Part shown: positions 28,182-37,834 of the stretch, piece by piece | Layout: each line of letters opens with the position of its first letter | Numbering within the stretch: position 1 is the first letter of the stretch | NCBI GenBank assembly: GCA_965222605.1 | Contig: OZ244960.1 | Coordinates: 3,392,001 to 3,456,000, forward strand | Direction of reading: 5' to 3' | Origin: Candidatus Latescibacterota bacterium | GTDB taxonomy: Bacteria; Latescibacterota; UBA2968 | DNA length: 64,000 nt | Program-made: the position numbers and the translations under genes | The notes under the pieces: model-generated | What the model saw: only the letters and a program-made list of their open reading frames with translations | Databases searched by the model: none | What the model was told of the DNA's origin: nothing

Positions 28182-29762
28182 TCAGGGATAAAGCGCCAGC
28201 TCCATACGCGTGAACGTAACCGCCTCGCCACGGTCTTCAAATCCAAACTCAAACGCATTCCACCCCTTTTGCAGTAAATTCAACGGAACCAAAAAATCTT
28301 TATAGACCGCTTGTGTCTCAGGAATGCCTCCCTCGTACGGCGTTTCAAATAGTTCGCCCTCGTGCGCGGTTTCATCCAGACAAACCGAGTGGAGAAAGGC
28401 TGCAATGCGCCTCGTTTTGATTGCCTGTTTTGCCATCAATCTCAGAATCGCACGGGAGAAGGTGTGCGCCGGGTTGGCATCAGCCAGGTGAATCTGAAGG
28501 ATCACAGGTCGATCCCCTGTAAGCGTTGCATCGAGCTGCTTAGAGAACGAGAGATCCGAATCAATTTGATTGTCCCCGATGAAATAGTGTTTCGGCTGTC
28601 TCGCCAGAAACTCGCAATCCGCGATGTGCTGCAAAGGCGAATAATCTGGCCACCTCTGCCCGCGGGGATTCGCATAGGGCAAGTTAAAAAGGCTGATGCC
28701 GTCGGCCCCTCGTTCCAGAAAACTGTGAGCGGTTGCATGAAACATCTCCCGAGTCATGATCCTCCGCCCGTTCGGATCGGAAGAAATGCAGTGCCCTATT
28801 TCTGCATGGAGGGTGGTCTCGGGGTAGGCCTTGCGAAACGCCTCGATCTCGCCGTCTGGTTGCGTGTGAAACAGTGCCGAAATATTGATGGAATTGATCA
28901 GGCCGCGTTCGACCCAGTTCATCAGGTCCAGCCCGATGTCGCGCAACAGATCCAGCCGATTGGGAACTCTGGCGATGATCGGAACGTGTTTTCCACCTGT
29001 CTGGTCCACCATCTCCCTGATGCGCTGCACAAACGCCGTCATAACAGGCGCCTTCTCTTCAAAAGGCATCTCGTCCGGAAAAAACCACGGCCACCGCAGA
29101 AAGTCCAGCTCGAGACCATCAATTTTATAGCGTCGGCACAGTTCTTCGACAAACCCAAACTGATAATCGCGCACTTCCTGGTGCAAGAAACACAGAGCAA
29201 GGCGTTTGCGACACGTCCGATTCGTCCCTTTGCCTTCGGGGGCCAATGGAGCCGAAGGCCCCCCGATCCGGTACTCCGGGTGCTCCCGCCAGAAACGCGA
29301 AGTCGTGTCGCTGCCCGGGATTTCGACGAACTGGCTCTCATTCATCCGCCACGAGAAAAGGAAGGCGATTCCTCTTTCCTGCGCCCGGTTCTGCGCGATC
29401 TGAATCACATCAAATCCGTCCAGGATCAGCTCGCCCGCTCGCTTGTAGTTGTTGCAGCCAAAGCCTTCGAATTTCCTGGTATGGAACTCCTCCCGCCAGA
29501 AGGGATCGTGGTCCGAATCCCATCCTGGAACCTGATACAGGCTATTTGGACACAGGGCCAGTGCATCACAGCCGGCATCTGCCACCAGATCCACATGACA
29601 CTGCACGGTTTCCATATCTGTCAGAGCCGATCCGCCGGGTGCTGTGCCGAGACTGCGCCACAGGTAATCTTGATTGAAGAGCACATCATAATCGGTCTTT
29701 CGAATGGATCGCTTCATGTTTTTTACACAGTTTTCAATATTTGGCTCTGGTTGTTGGATCAT
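28182..29762 (-). CDS. Glycoside-hydrolase-like TIM barrel (GHL10-like)
   Basis: FSWRMNE, FWREHPEY, EVRDYQF..VEELC.RY.IDGLELDFLR, GADGISLFN; start placed after AAGGAAC rather than the ORF-track start inside the neighbour. Confidence 0.75.
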   Translation of the reverse strand: MIQQPEPNIENCVKNMKRSIRKTDYDVLFNQDYLWRSLGTAPGGSALTDMETVQCHVDLVADAGCDALALCPNSLYQVPGWDSDHDPFWREEFHTRKFEGFGCNNYKRAGELILDGFDVIQIAQNRAQERGIAFLFSWRMNESQFVEIPGSDTTSRFWREHPEYRIGGPSAPLAPEGKGTNRTCRKRLALCFLHQEVRDYQFGFVEELCRRYKIDGLELDFLRWPWFFPDEMPFEEKAPVMTAFVQRIREMVDQTGGKHVPIIARVPNRLDLLRDIGLDLMNWVERGLINSINISALFHTQPDGEIEAFRKAYPETTLHAEIGHCISSDPNGRRIMTREMFHATAHSFLERGADGISLFNLPYANPRGQRWPDYSPLQHIADCEFLARQPKHYFIGDNQIDSDLSFSKQLDATLTGDRPVILQIHLADANPAHTFSRAILRLMAKQAIKTRRIAAFLHSVCLDETAHEGELFETPYEGGIPETQAVYKDFLVPLNLLQKGWNAFEFGFEDRGEAVTFTRMELALYP

Positions 29763-29782
29763 GTTCCTTTTGTTCCTTTTGC

Positions 29783-31783
29783 CTACCACGAATAGACATG
29801 GTGCCCGCGTTCTGGGAACCAGATGACATCGACCAGGCAACTGCACCCCACCGCGAACACGTATCCCACGATTAGTCCGTAGCAGCAGGGCAATACACGC
29901 CGGTAAAGCTCGATCCCGCCCAATCTCAGCACCACCAGCTTGGAAATCCACACGAGAAATACGTTCAGCATGTAAAACTGCAAATAAGGCATCCCAAAAA
30001 GCATCAGTCCCAGCGGATGTGCCGGCCACCACAGCACCCGGGTCTGCAGCACCCCGAACAGCACGACCAGCAGTCCTCCCGTCAACCAGATCCCCATCTT
30101 ATAAGGATCGAATACCGTTCGCTCTGTTTCGGTTAACATACCTGCGGCTCGGTTATAGACGTTCCGGGCCGCGCCTTCCGTGTTCCAGTAATCCAGATTG
30201 GCACCCCCGTCCGCGTAACAGAGCCAGATGGTGGAAAGTGCCGAGGTCAACAGCCCTACCAGCAGGCCGATGCAGATCAGCCGCACGCTTCCCTTTGTCT
30301 CGCCCCAAATTCTGGCTACCTGGGGCAGCGCTGGCGGCACACGCCAGCCAGCCAGGCTGCGGGGGTGAACTACCTGTATTCCAATCAGGCTCGAGTCCGA
30401 CATTCCGGTTGTGCCCAAAAGCGTCATTGTGTTGGTTTTGGACAGGCCGCTCCAAAAGGGATGCACAAAGGCGTATCCGCTGACCGCCAGAAGCTTCATG
30501 GTCGCAAGCAGCACCATGCAGAAGCTGAGTAGAAAGAACGCGATCACCAGAGGATCGTAGCCTACATTGTGCAGCCAGGAAGCCATGTAGATCAGGCCAC
30601 CGGCCAGGACTACCACCGCCATCCTGGGAGGAAGTACCGCCGTCTCTGATGCCTCGCCCGGAATGGGTGCGACGATTTGCCGGAACACGCGTTTCAGATG
30701 ACCTCGCGCGGTCCAGATCGCCCAGACCACCAGTCCCGCGATTGCGCCGTTTGCAAAGATGGGTGCCGCCCCCCAGTAATCCACCTGTTGTCCACTCAAT
30801 CCCACAGCGGTCCCGGTTCGGTTCATCCAGTACTGAATGGCGCATCCCACGACGTACGGCGCCCAGATTCCAAAAAGGATATCCAGATTGCACAGAAACG
30901 TAAATGCGGTCAGCGTGGGCAGAATGCGGTAGGTTAGCGCGTGAATCGAGAGATAGCGAGACAGATGAATTTTTCGCCTCGCGTGGTGGTCGTAAATGGA
31001 AATCCGGGGAAAACCCGGCACCCAGTATGTCGCGATATTCCAGAGTACCGGAAATGCCGAGACCGCAAATCCCACCCAGAACGCCCGGGTTCGCACAAAC
31101 GGCGGCCAACCTCGGCGCCGGTCAAATCCCTCGGTCAGCGACAGGGAGATATCCGCCAGAGGGAATGCCAGGCGCTCGTGCTGCACCCAGTGTTTTTGAA
31201 ACAGTGCCGTCAGCCCCAGGCCAATCGCGGTAATCGCCAGTGCCGTGGAGACTGACCAGAAAAGCGGCATTGACCAGGCTCCCCAGGGGACGCTTCCGCC
31301 AGGCCCCAGACCCTGGTAGAATCCCTCCAGTACTCTGGGGGCGTTGATCGGGTACATCCACCAGGGCAGGTGATCGAAAATCAACTCTTCCCAGCGGTTC
31401 TCGGGCGACGCCAAATACCTCGGTCCGGCCATTTGTCCCACCCATTGGCTCGCCCAATTGTACCCGACGAATAGTCCGCCGATCCAGAGCACGCAAAGCA
31501 ACAACCGAAGTTCCGCAGAGGTCAGCGATAACCGCGGCATGAACCGCTTCAACAGTGTATTGCCCAGGAGCCAGAACACAAATGGCAGCAGCGCGGTCAT
31601 CGGCAGGTTGGACACGGCCATTCGCACAGACCGGGTTCTCATTTCCAGGTACATAGACGCTATGCAGCCCAGAGCCAGGGTGACTACCGCAATCAGCACC
31701 ATCCACCACCGCACGCGCTCGGCCTCGGTCACCGCTTCTGCCGCTTGAACTTCGTGGCTCAACGCTCCAGATAGCTGTGCCAT
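29783..31783 (-). CDS. DUF6785/DUF6784 polytopic membrane protein (putative transporter)
   Basis: Many TM segments; YLASPENRW, VPWGAW, W..HERLAFPL, WWPAHPLG, GGIELYRR. Confidence 0.8.
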   Translation of the reverse strand: MAQLSGALSHEVQAAEAVTEAERVRWWMVLIAVVTLALGCIASMYLEMRTRSVRMAVSNLPMTALLPFVFWLLGNTLLKRFMPRLSLTSAELRLLLCVLWIGGLFVGYNWASQWVGQMAGPRYLASPENRWEELIFDHLPWWMYPINAPRVLEGFYQGLGPGGSVPWGAWSMPLFWSVSTALAITAIGLGLTALFQKHWVQHERLAFPLADISLSLTEGFDRRRGWPPFVRTRAFWVGFAVSAFPVLWNIATYWVPGFPRISIYDHHARRKIHLSRYLSIHALTYRILPTLTAFTFLCNLDILFGIWAPYVVGCAIQYWMNRTGTAVGLSGQQVDYWGAAPIFANGAIAGLVVWAIWTARGHLKRVFRQIVAPIPGEASETAVLPPRMAVVVLAGGLIYMASWLHNVGYDPLVIAFFLLSFCMVLLATMKLLAVSGYAFVHPFWSGLSKTNTMTLLGTTGMSDSSLIGIQVVHPRSLAGWRVPPALPQVARIWGETKGSVRLICIGLLVGLLTSALSTIWLCYADGGANLDYWNTEGAARNVYNRAAGMLTETERTVFDPYKMGIWLTGGLLVVLFGVLQTRVLWWPAHPLGLMLFGMPYLQFYMLNVFLVWISKLVVLRLGGIELYRRVLPCCYGLIVGYVFAVGCSCLVDVIWFPERGHHVYSW

Positions 31784-31826
31784 GGCACAATCTCCGGTGG
31801 TACTTCTCGACACGCTATGCCGTCGG

Positions 31827-32675
31827 CTAATCCCTGGGTACTCCTGCTTCTTTGAAAGCGTTGCTCAGGGCCGTGTAGGAACGGCGTGCGGTATCCACTG
31901 TATCGAATCCCTCCTGTGACCAGATACGGGCGCTGACCTCCAGGGTGATATAATCGTCCCAGCCGGCTTGCGCCATGGCCCGCATATAGGCGGTAGAATC
32001 GAGTTCGCCGTCACCCAGAACGCGGAAATCAAACGAACCATCCGCATGGCGTTGCGCATCGGTGATGTGGGTGTGGCCGGTGATGGGGACCAGATCCCTA
32101 ACGCACGCTTCGATGGAATCCCCGGCCAGGTAAAAGTGAACAATATCAAAATGGAGGCGCAGGTGGGGGCTATCCACTTTTTGAATGACCTCCAGCGCCC
32201 GCACCGACCGGTCCACGGCCGCGCCGCAGTGAGCCTCCCCCGCAATGACAATCCGTTCCTTCTCGCCCAACTCTGCGTAATCCCGGAGTCGGGCGACGAT
32301 TCCATTTTTGTCCCTGTCCCAGGCTTCCGTCTTCCCGCCAATGCCAATGGAAATGACGACGGGTTCGCGGTATCCGAAGTCCCGCGCCAGCTGCACGGTC
32401 TCCCGGGTTGTCTCCAGATTTCGAGCGTGGAGATCCGCATCGGGCTCCCATGCCCTGGGGCCCACCAGCATCAATGCTGGCACACCGAGTTGTTGTGCTT
32501 CGAGAATTTTCCGAACGTTGCTTCGTCTGGTAGAATCGCAATCGGCGGGAAGTGCATTCTTGTGCTTATCTCCAATGTAGATCTCAACACCGTCATACCC
32601 AATGGACCGAAGCAGCGGAATGGACTCCTCCAGGGGCATATCGGGCATGGCGTAGGTGCCGTAGGCAATTTTCAT
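31827..32675 (-). CDS. Sugar phosphate isomerase/epimerase
   Basis: GYDGVEI, GEAH, HFDIVH, HTHITD, ITLEVS. Confidence 0.88.
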   Translation of the reverse strand: MKIAYGTYAMPDMPLEESIPLLRSIGYDGVEIYIGDKHKNALPADCDSTRRSNVRKILEAQQLGVPALMLVGPRAWEPDADLHARNLETTRETVQLARDFGYREPVVISIGIGGKTEAWDRDKNGIVARLRDYAELGEKERIVIAGEAHCGAAVDRSVRALEVIQKVDSPHLRLHFDIVHFYLAGDSIEACVRDLVPITGHTHITDAQRHADGSFDFRVLGDGELDSTAYMRAMAQAGWDDYITLEVSARIWSQEGFDTVDTARRSYTALSNAFKEAGVPRD

Positions 32676-33772
32676 GGCGTTCCTTCAATTAAAGGCACCT
32701 TCTCCACATTCCCGCTCGCCATAGAAGCTTCGATGGCATGGAGCAGTGCTGTGGTGCGGGCCGCATCTGTAAAATCCGATCGGATCGCAGAGGTCAACGA
32801 CGGGTTGCGGATGGCGTTCAAAAATACTTCTATTTCCTCAAAATGTGGGGGGTCGGGTGGATCTTGCGGTTGTCGATTGGGATGGATTTCGCCGCTTCGC
32901 CCCATGGCTGGTCCCTGCGGAAATTGTTCGGAAATATTTCTAACTATTTCATCCGGCGCTCCAACCGAGCCTTCAATTCTGGGTGGGATGGTAGAAAGCG
33001 AAAGCCGAATATCCCTGCCGAAGAAGGTGAGGTCGTTCCGCCTTTGTGCGCAGGCCCAGGATAGGAGAACACAGCCGATTGCCCCGGAGGAAAATTGAAG
33101 GTTGATCGACATACTGTCTTCGATTGTGAAGCTGTCGCTGATCGGAATCGTCAGGTTGCTGCCAAAAGCGTGTACTGCGTCAATATCACCGGCAATATAG
33201 CGGATTACATCGAGGGTGTGGATGGTATTGTCGAATAGCGATCCGCCTTTTTCTTTGAGGTAAAACCAGTCGGCTCCGAGATTGCGGGTCAGCCCCGGAT
33301 TGGTGATCACCGCGGCATCCACCAGATTGATCTGCCTGCCTTCCAATAGCTCCAGGCACCGATCTACAGAGGGCGCGTAGCGCTGGTTAAAGCCGACACT
33401 GTGAATTAGATTGGTGTTCTGCAGGAGCGCGACGATTTCACGCGCTTCTTGCAGGGATTGGGCGGGGGGTTTTTCACAGAGGAAGGGCACGTTGTATTGC
33501 ACGGCGGCCTGTATGACCGGCTTGCGAAGAACGGGAGGCGTGCAGATGAGTATAGCGCCCAGGTCCTCGACTTCCTCAAAGATTTTTTCCCAATCCGCGT
33601 ATGCCTGCGCCCCGTAAGCAGCGGCCTGGGAGCGCGCCAGGTTTTCGTTCAGGTCGCATATTGCGGCGATGCGATTGCCACCGAGAAATACGAGGTTTTT
33701 CAGGTGTCGCGTGGCGATGTTTCCCGCGCCTATTACAGCTATGTTGATGGGTCTATTTGTCTCTCGTTCCAT
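32672..33772 (-). CDS. Gfo/Idh/MocA oxidoreductase
   Basis: IGAGNIA, CEKP, GFNQRY, DNTIHTLD. Confidence 0.92.
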   Translation of the reverse strand: MERETNRPINIAVIGAGNIATRHLKNLVFLGGNRIAAICDLNENLARSQAAAYGAQAYADWEKIFEEVEDLGAILICTPPVLRKPVIQAAVQYNVPFLCEKPPAQSLQEAREIVALLQNTNLIHSVGFNQRYAPSVDRCLELLEGRQINLVDAAVITNPGLTRNLGADWFYLKEKGGSLFDNTIHTLDVIRYIAGDIDAVHAFGSNLTIPISDSFTIEDSMSINLQFSSGAIGCVLLSWACAQRRNDLTFFGRDIRLSLSTIPPRIEGSVGAPDEIVRNISEQFPQGPAMGRSGEIHPNRQPQDPPDPPHFEEIEVFLNAIRNPSLTSAIRSDFTDAARTTALLHAIEASMASGNVEKVPLIEGTP

Positions 33773-33782
33773 AGTTCTACCT

Positions 33783-34562
33783 TTATATTAGCGCGGCCTC
33801 CCGCACGCCTTCAAATTCTCGCCAGATATCTGTTAGCACTTCTGTCCCATTTTTTTGGATATCCACATGGTTTAGACGGAAGATCACTGCATACCGGATA
33901 TGCGGCGACAGATTGGGGCCAGCAGCGTGAACCATCTGGTGATGCACCAGTACCGCATCTCCCGCCTTTCCAGTGATCTGCACCGGTCCGTGGGGCAATT
34001 CTTCTCTCAGTCTGGGAAGGTCCTCGAATAATTGGCCGTGCCCATTTGTTTGAAAATACGATTCCAAATAACGGTGAGACCCCGGCCATACCGTAAAATT
34101 GCCCATATACGGCTCGGGCAAGTCGGACAGCATTACCACGCAAATAGCGGTAAAGTTTCGCCAGAATTCTCCCTCGGGCACTTTGGTCTTTTTTCCACCC
34201 ATCCCGTCGATGTGTCCCGATAGAGTCACAGATGCCCGGTCCTCCATCTTTGGGAATGGCAACGCGATCTGTCCGCTACTAACAGGTCGGAGTTTTCTTT
34301 TTCCCATCAGGGATTCGGCGATCTCGAAGATCGGCGTTTTATTCACCAGCCCGGCGAAAAACGGATCCGGATGGTTTTTATAACTGTAATACCCATTGTA
34401 CAGCGTAAGCGGATAGTCTCCCCCTGGAATCATCCCTTCGCTGCCCAGCAGGTGGTTGATTTTTTTTATTGCTTGCGCCACCCTGTGTTCTGGAATCACG
34501 CCTTCCAACTTGAGATAGCCCTGTTCTTTGAAAAGTGCCTTCTTCTCGGCGGTCATTTCCAT
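33783..34562 (-). CDS. Phytanoyl-CoA dioxygenase family
   Basis: FKEQGYL, HIDG, VWPGSH, GDAVLVHHQMVH. Confidence 0.88.
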   Translation of the reverse strand: MEMTAEKKALFKEQGYLKLEGVIPEHRVAQAIKKINHLLGSEGMIPGGDYPLTLYNGYYSYKNHPDPFFAGLVNKTPIFEIAESLMGKRKLRPVSSGQIALPFPKMEDRASVTLSGHIDGMGGKKTKVPEGEFWRNFTAICVVMLSDLPEPYMGNFTVWPGSHRYLESYFQTNGHGQLFEDLPRLREELPHGPVQITGKAGDAVLVHHQMVHAAGPNLSPHIRYAVIFRLNHVDIQKNGTEVLTDIWREFEGVREAALI

Positions 34563-34577
34563 GTTATAGTCTCCTTG

Positions 34578-36428
34578 TTATGGACATCCCGCGTGAAAAT
34601 TTCCAATGGCTTCCGATGTGCGCAAGTATCGGTTATAAATCCGCAGGGCTTGAAGTCCAGGACCGATTTGAAGCGTTTCAGCTCCGTTGGCGTGTCTCAG
34701 ATTCGGGCTGAACCGCCCCCAGCCAAACTGGCGATTTTCACCCCCATCGCAGAGTTTGCCATCTACCACAAATGTGATGATCCTGGGGCCGCCATCTACA
34801 ATCGCCGCAATGTGGTGCTGTTCGCCTGTGCACAGTAAACCGGAATCGCAGTCCCAACGGTTTTCGGTTCGCCCGTCGTTCAATACAATCTCGACTGTGC
34901 CTCGCTCTGTGGTCTGCACGCACATCCCCTGTCCGTTCTCCAGCCGACTGTCCAGCAGTACCTGTCCAGCATGCAGTGATGGTAGTCTTAGCCACAGATC
35001 AATGGTAAATCCCTGTCTCAGGTCTCGCGTTGCATAAGGACTGGCGCTGTCTCGCTCGTTGAATGCTGGCAGTTCCGGCATTTTTGCCTCGCCCGGCTCT
35101 GGCAGGGGCAGGTTCAGTACGAGGCTTTCGGTGGCTATTTCCCTATTTTCAGCCTGTTCCCACAAGCCTTTTAGGAGTGTGGTGTTCAACTCGTGTACGC
35201 GGGCAATATCCTTCTGGGTTTCCGTAAGATAATACTTACCGCTGTCTTCCGCCAGGTCTGGATAACTCATGCGGATGTACGGGTCGTCGTCATAAAGCGC
35301 GATCTCTGGCTGTGACCACTGGATTATACGGCCTTCTGGCGCGTCTGCTTCGATCCCGCCGCACAACCACACCGGGTTGCGGTCCTGATAAGATATTGAG
35401 CGCCGGTCCGGGTGTTCTCCGATAAACCGCCCTCCGTGGTTGTGAAACCAGTAGAGAAATTTTCCGTTCTCGCATTGCCACGCGAAATTAGCTGCCCTCG
35501 GATGTTTCATGTGTCGTCCGTCCGCAAAGCACTGATATACCGGCTCTGTCCATGTATGCCCGTTGTCCCGGCTGTACGCGCATACCGGGTATCCATCAAT
35601 CGAACGGTACACGCTGTAAAACGATCCGTCGCTCAAGCGGCTGTAGCTGTGTTCTTCGGAAACTGGACCGCCCCCCGGTGGCGTGCGTAGCCCTGCATCG
35701 CCATCCGGAAGCGTCTCCCAGGCAATTTTCTGCGGGTCCTGTTCCGTCAGGATATTCTCGCTTTTTAGAAGCACGCCCTCCGAACGGGTGAAAAATCCCA
35801 CCCCGAATCCTCCCACTTTGTGCAGCGATACGTACGCGGCTCGATCATCGGCAATTGCTTTGCCGACATTCCAGAAATACCGCAGCTTGCCCCCGTCCGC
35901 ATTCTCCCGGTCAATCGCCATTTCTCTCACCGCAATCGGGTAGTGCTGTGTCGACCACGTCCGCCCGTGATCGTCGCTGTATTTGAACACAAAATGTCCC
36001 AGTGAATCTACCCGGGTACAATACCCATCTTTATAAGGTGGATTGTCTCCTTTTACTTTTCGGACATTGTCCGTGTTGTGATTGTAAAATACGTAAATCC
36101 GTCCGTATGGGACCTTTAGCACCACTGCATACGATGCTTCAGGTCCGTGTGCAGGCTCCACATCGACCAGATCTGCCCAGGTCTGTCCTTTGTCGGTACT
36201 GCGCGTTGCCACTACATGCTGCCCTTGCGCGCCTTCTCGACCCGTTCCCGTTGTCATAATGCACAACCAGGCCCCGTCGTCCGTTTTTACGACATAGGGC
36301 TGATCGCAATATCCTTTGCTGGGAATTTCCCAGCCGTTTGCAATGTGACGCCAATCCGGAATCTCAGAGATGGTTTCCTCGGTCAGGCTCTGATCTGCAA
36401 GTGCTGCTGCGTTCTGATTTTTAGCCAT
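34578..36428 (-). CDS. Sialidase-like beta-propeller with C-terminal LamG-like domain
   Basis: Asp-boxes STDKGQTW, SDDHGRTW, SRDNGHTW; SYPD; HHIAAIVDGG...FVVDG. Confidence 0.8.
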   Translation of the reverse strand: MAKNQNAAALADQSLTEETISEIPDWRHIANGWEIPSKGYCDQPYVVKTDDGAWLCIMTTGTGREGAQGQHVVATRSTDKGQTWADLVDVEPAHGPEASYAVVLKVPYGRIYVFYNHNTDNVRKVKGDNPPYKDGYCTRVDSLGHFVFKYSDDHGRTWSTQHYPIAVREMAIDRENADGGKLRYFWNVGKAIADDRAAYVSLHKVGGFGVGFFTRSEGVLLKSENILTEQDPQKIAWETLPDGDAGLRTPPGGGPVSEEHSYSRLSDGSFYSVYRSIDGYPVCAYSRDNGHTWTEPVYQCFADGRHMKHPRAANFAWQCENGKFLYWFHNHGGRFIGEHPDRRSISYQDRNPVWLCGGIEADAPEGRIIQWSQPEIALYDDDPYIRMSYPDLAEDSGKYYLTETQKDIARVHELNTTLLKGLWEQAENREIATESLVLNLPLPEPGEAKMPELPAFNERDSASPYATRDLRQGFTIDLWLRLPSLHAGQVLLDSRLENGQGMCVQTTERGTVEIVLNDGRTENRWDCDSGLLCTGEQHHIAAIVDGGPRIITFVVDGKLCDGGENRQFGWGRFSPNLRHANGAETLQIGPGLQALRIYNRYLRTSEAIGNFHAGCP

Positions 36429-36433
36429 ATCCT

Positions 36434-37798
36434 CTATTGACTCTCTTTCCAGTTCGGGTTGTACAGTTCTCCCGGCATTGTCGAGTGTATCAACTCATAC
36501 ACGCCGTAGCGTCGCCGGTCTTGAAATACGAAGAGATACCGCTTTGACCGATCGTAAGTCCATTTTTCTATTGCGCCTGCAAAATTCTCAGATGATTGTT
36601 CGAAATCCCGATCGTCGGGTGGGCCGTATTTGATGTACACGCGGCCCTTGTCCGTATCTGACCCTCGTTTATGAGCTTCTGACCCAAAGTGTTCATCGGC
36701 AAACTGTACCCGTGTCATGTGTTCTCGCAATCGTTCGTTCAACGGCGTGCCGGGCGTTGGATCCATCTTACGCCAGAATGCCTTTAAGAAGTCCATGCGT
36801 TCCGCCTCGGTGGTCAGTGCTGCATAGCTGGTGAGATCCTTGTTTGATGCTATATACCGGATATCCTTAAAATATCGGAGCTGATCCTGTGTCTCTTCAC
36901 TCAACTCATCGGATAATAGAAAGATCGCCCTGCGTTGTCGCACATGCTCTCGAGTGCTCCGGTCAAATGCCTCTACTTGAAAAAAATAGACGCCCGCATT
37001 TAGTCCATCCGTCTCGATTGTCTCCGTCTTGGCAAAACTTTCTCCCGGTACCCGAATCCGTCGAGAGGGAAATTTTTTTATCTGCATTCCGGACGAATCC
37101 GTAAAGCTGTATCCCAAAATCAGCGGCTCTGTGGGCCGGTCCTTTTGGCGCTTCAAGTTGTAAATTTCAAAATAAACGCGCACAGGTTCGCCCACCCGGT
37201 ACAGGTGGCTGGGATTGGGCACCATTTTCCACCCGTTTTTCACAAATTTTCCAGCCTCCTTTTCCGGCGTGATTTTTGTAGCAAATAACAAATCGCTGAT
37301 CAACAGGTTCTTTCGATCAAAATTCCGCACCTGGATCCACGCCTCAAAAATTCCCGTTTTTCCGCTGTAAATATCCTCGGCGGACAGCTTGAGCTGATAC
37401 GTTTTTGACGGCAGGTCCAGTCCCACCATCTCTCGAACCACGGCACCTGCTTGTCGGGGCGCGTTCATATTTGGAACCGAAATATTCTGCGTCCAGGTCT
37501 CGACCTTTGCCTCTTGTCCAGCCGAGTCCGATAGGGTCACTGCATACTTCAACTGAGCCACAAATGCGTCTTCCTGGGGTACAAATTGGAGCGACTGGGC
37601 ATCTACTACTGTGCAGATATCTACCCGTGTAAATCCCTTTGGACCTCGAAACCCCGTTGTTTCCACAGCAATCTGCAACACCTCCTGGTCCTTCAACGGC
37701 AGGTCTCGAATATCCTCTGCCCAAATGGGCGAGATACCCGGCAGATGGATGAGTATGGTCGCGACGATTGTAAACCAGACCAGATAACAGAGTTTCAT
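36434..37798 (-). CDS. GWxTD domain protein
   Basis: Signal peptide; FWRKMDPTPGTPLNE, GSDTDKGRVYIKYGPPD, EKWTY. Confidence 0.87.
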   Translation of the reverse strand: MKLCYLVWFTIVATILIHLPGISPIWAEDIRDLPLKDQEVLQIAVETTGFRGPKGFTRVDICTVVDAQSLQFVPQEDAFVAQLKYAVTLSDSAGQEAKVETWTQNISVPNMNAPRQAGAVVREMVGLDLPSKTYQLKLSAEDIYSGKTGIFEAWIQVRNFDRKNLLISDLLFATKITPEKEAGKFVKNGWKMVPNPSHLYRVGEPVRVYFEIYNLKRQKDRPTEPLILGYSFTDSSGMQIKKFPSRRIRVPGESFAKTETIETDGLNAGVYFFQVEAFDRSTREHVRQRRAIFLLSDELSEETQDQLRYFKDIRYIASNKDLTSYAALTTEAERMDFLKAFWRKMDPTPGTPLNERLREHMTRVQFADEHFGSEAHKRGSDTDKGRVYIKYGPPDDRDFEQSSENFAGAIEKWTYDRSKRYLFVFQDRRRYGVYELIHSTMPGELYNPNWKESQ

Positions 37799-37834
37799 GG
37801 CTTACCTCCAGCGCTGAGCAGATACGGGTCGAAA

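Noticed and set aside
28362-29795. 477-aa plus-strand ORF
   Set aside because: Antisense shadow of the GHL10-like gene.
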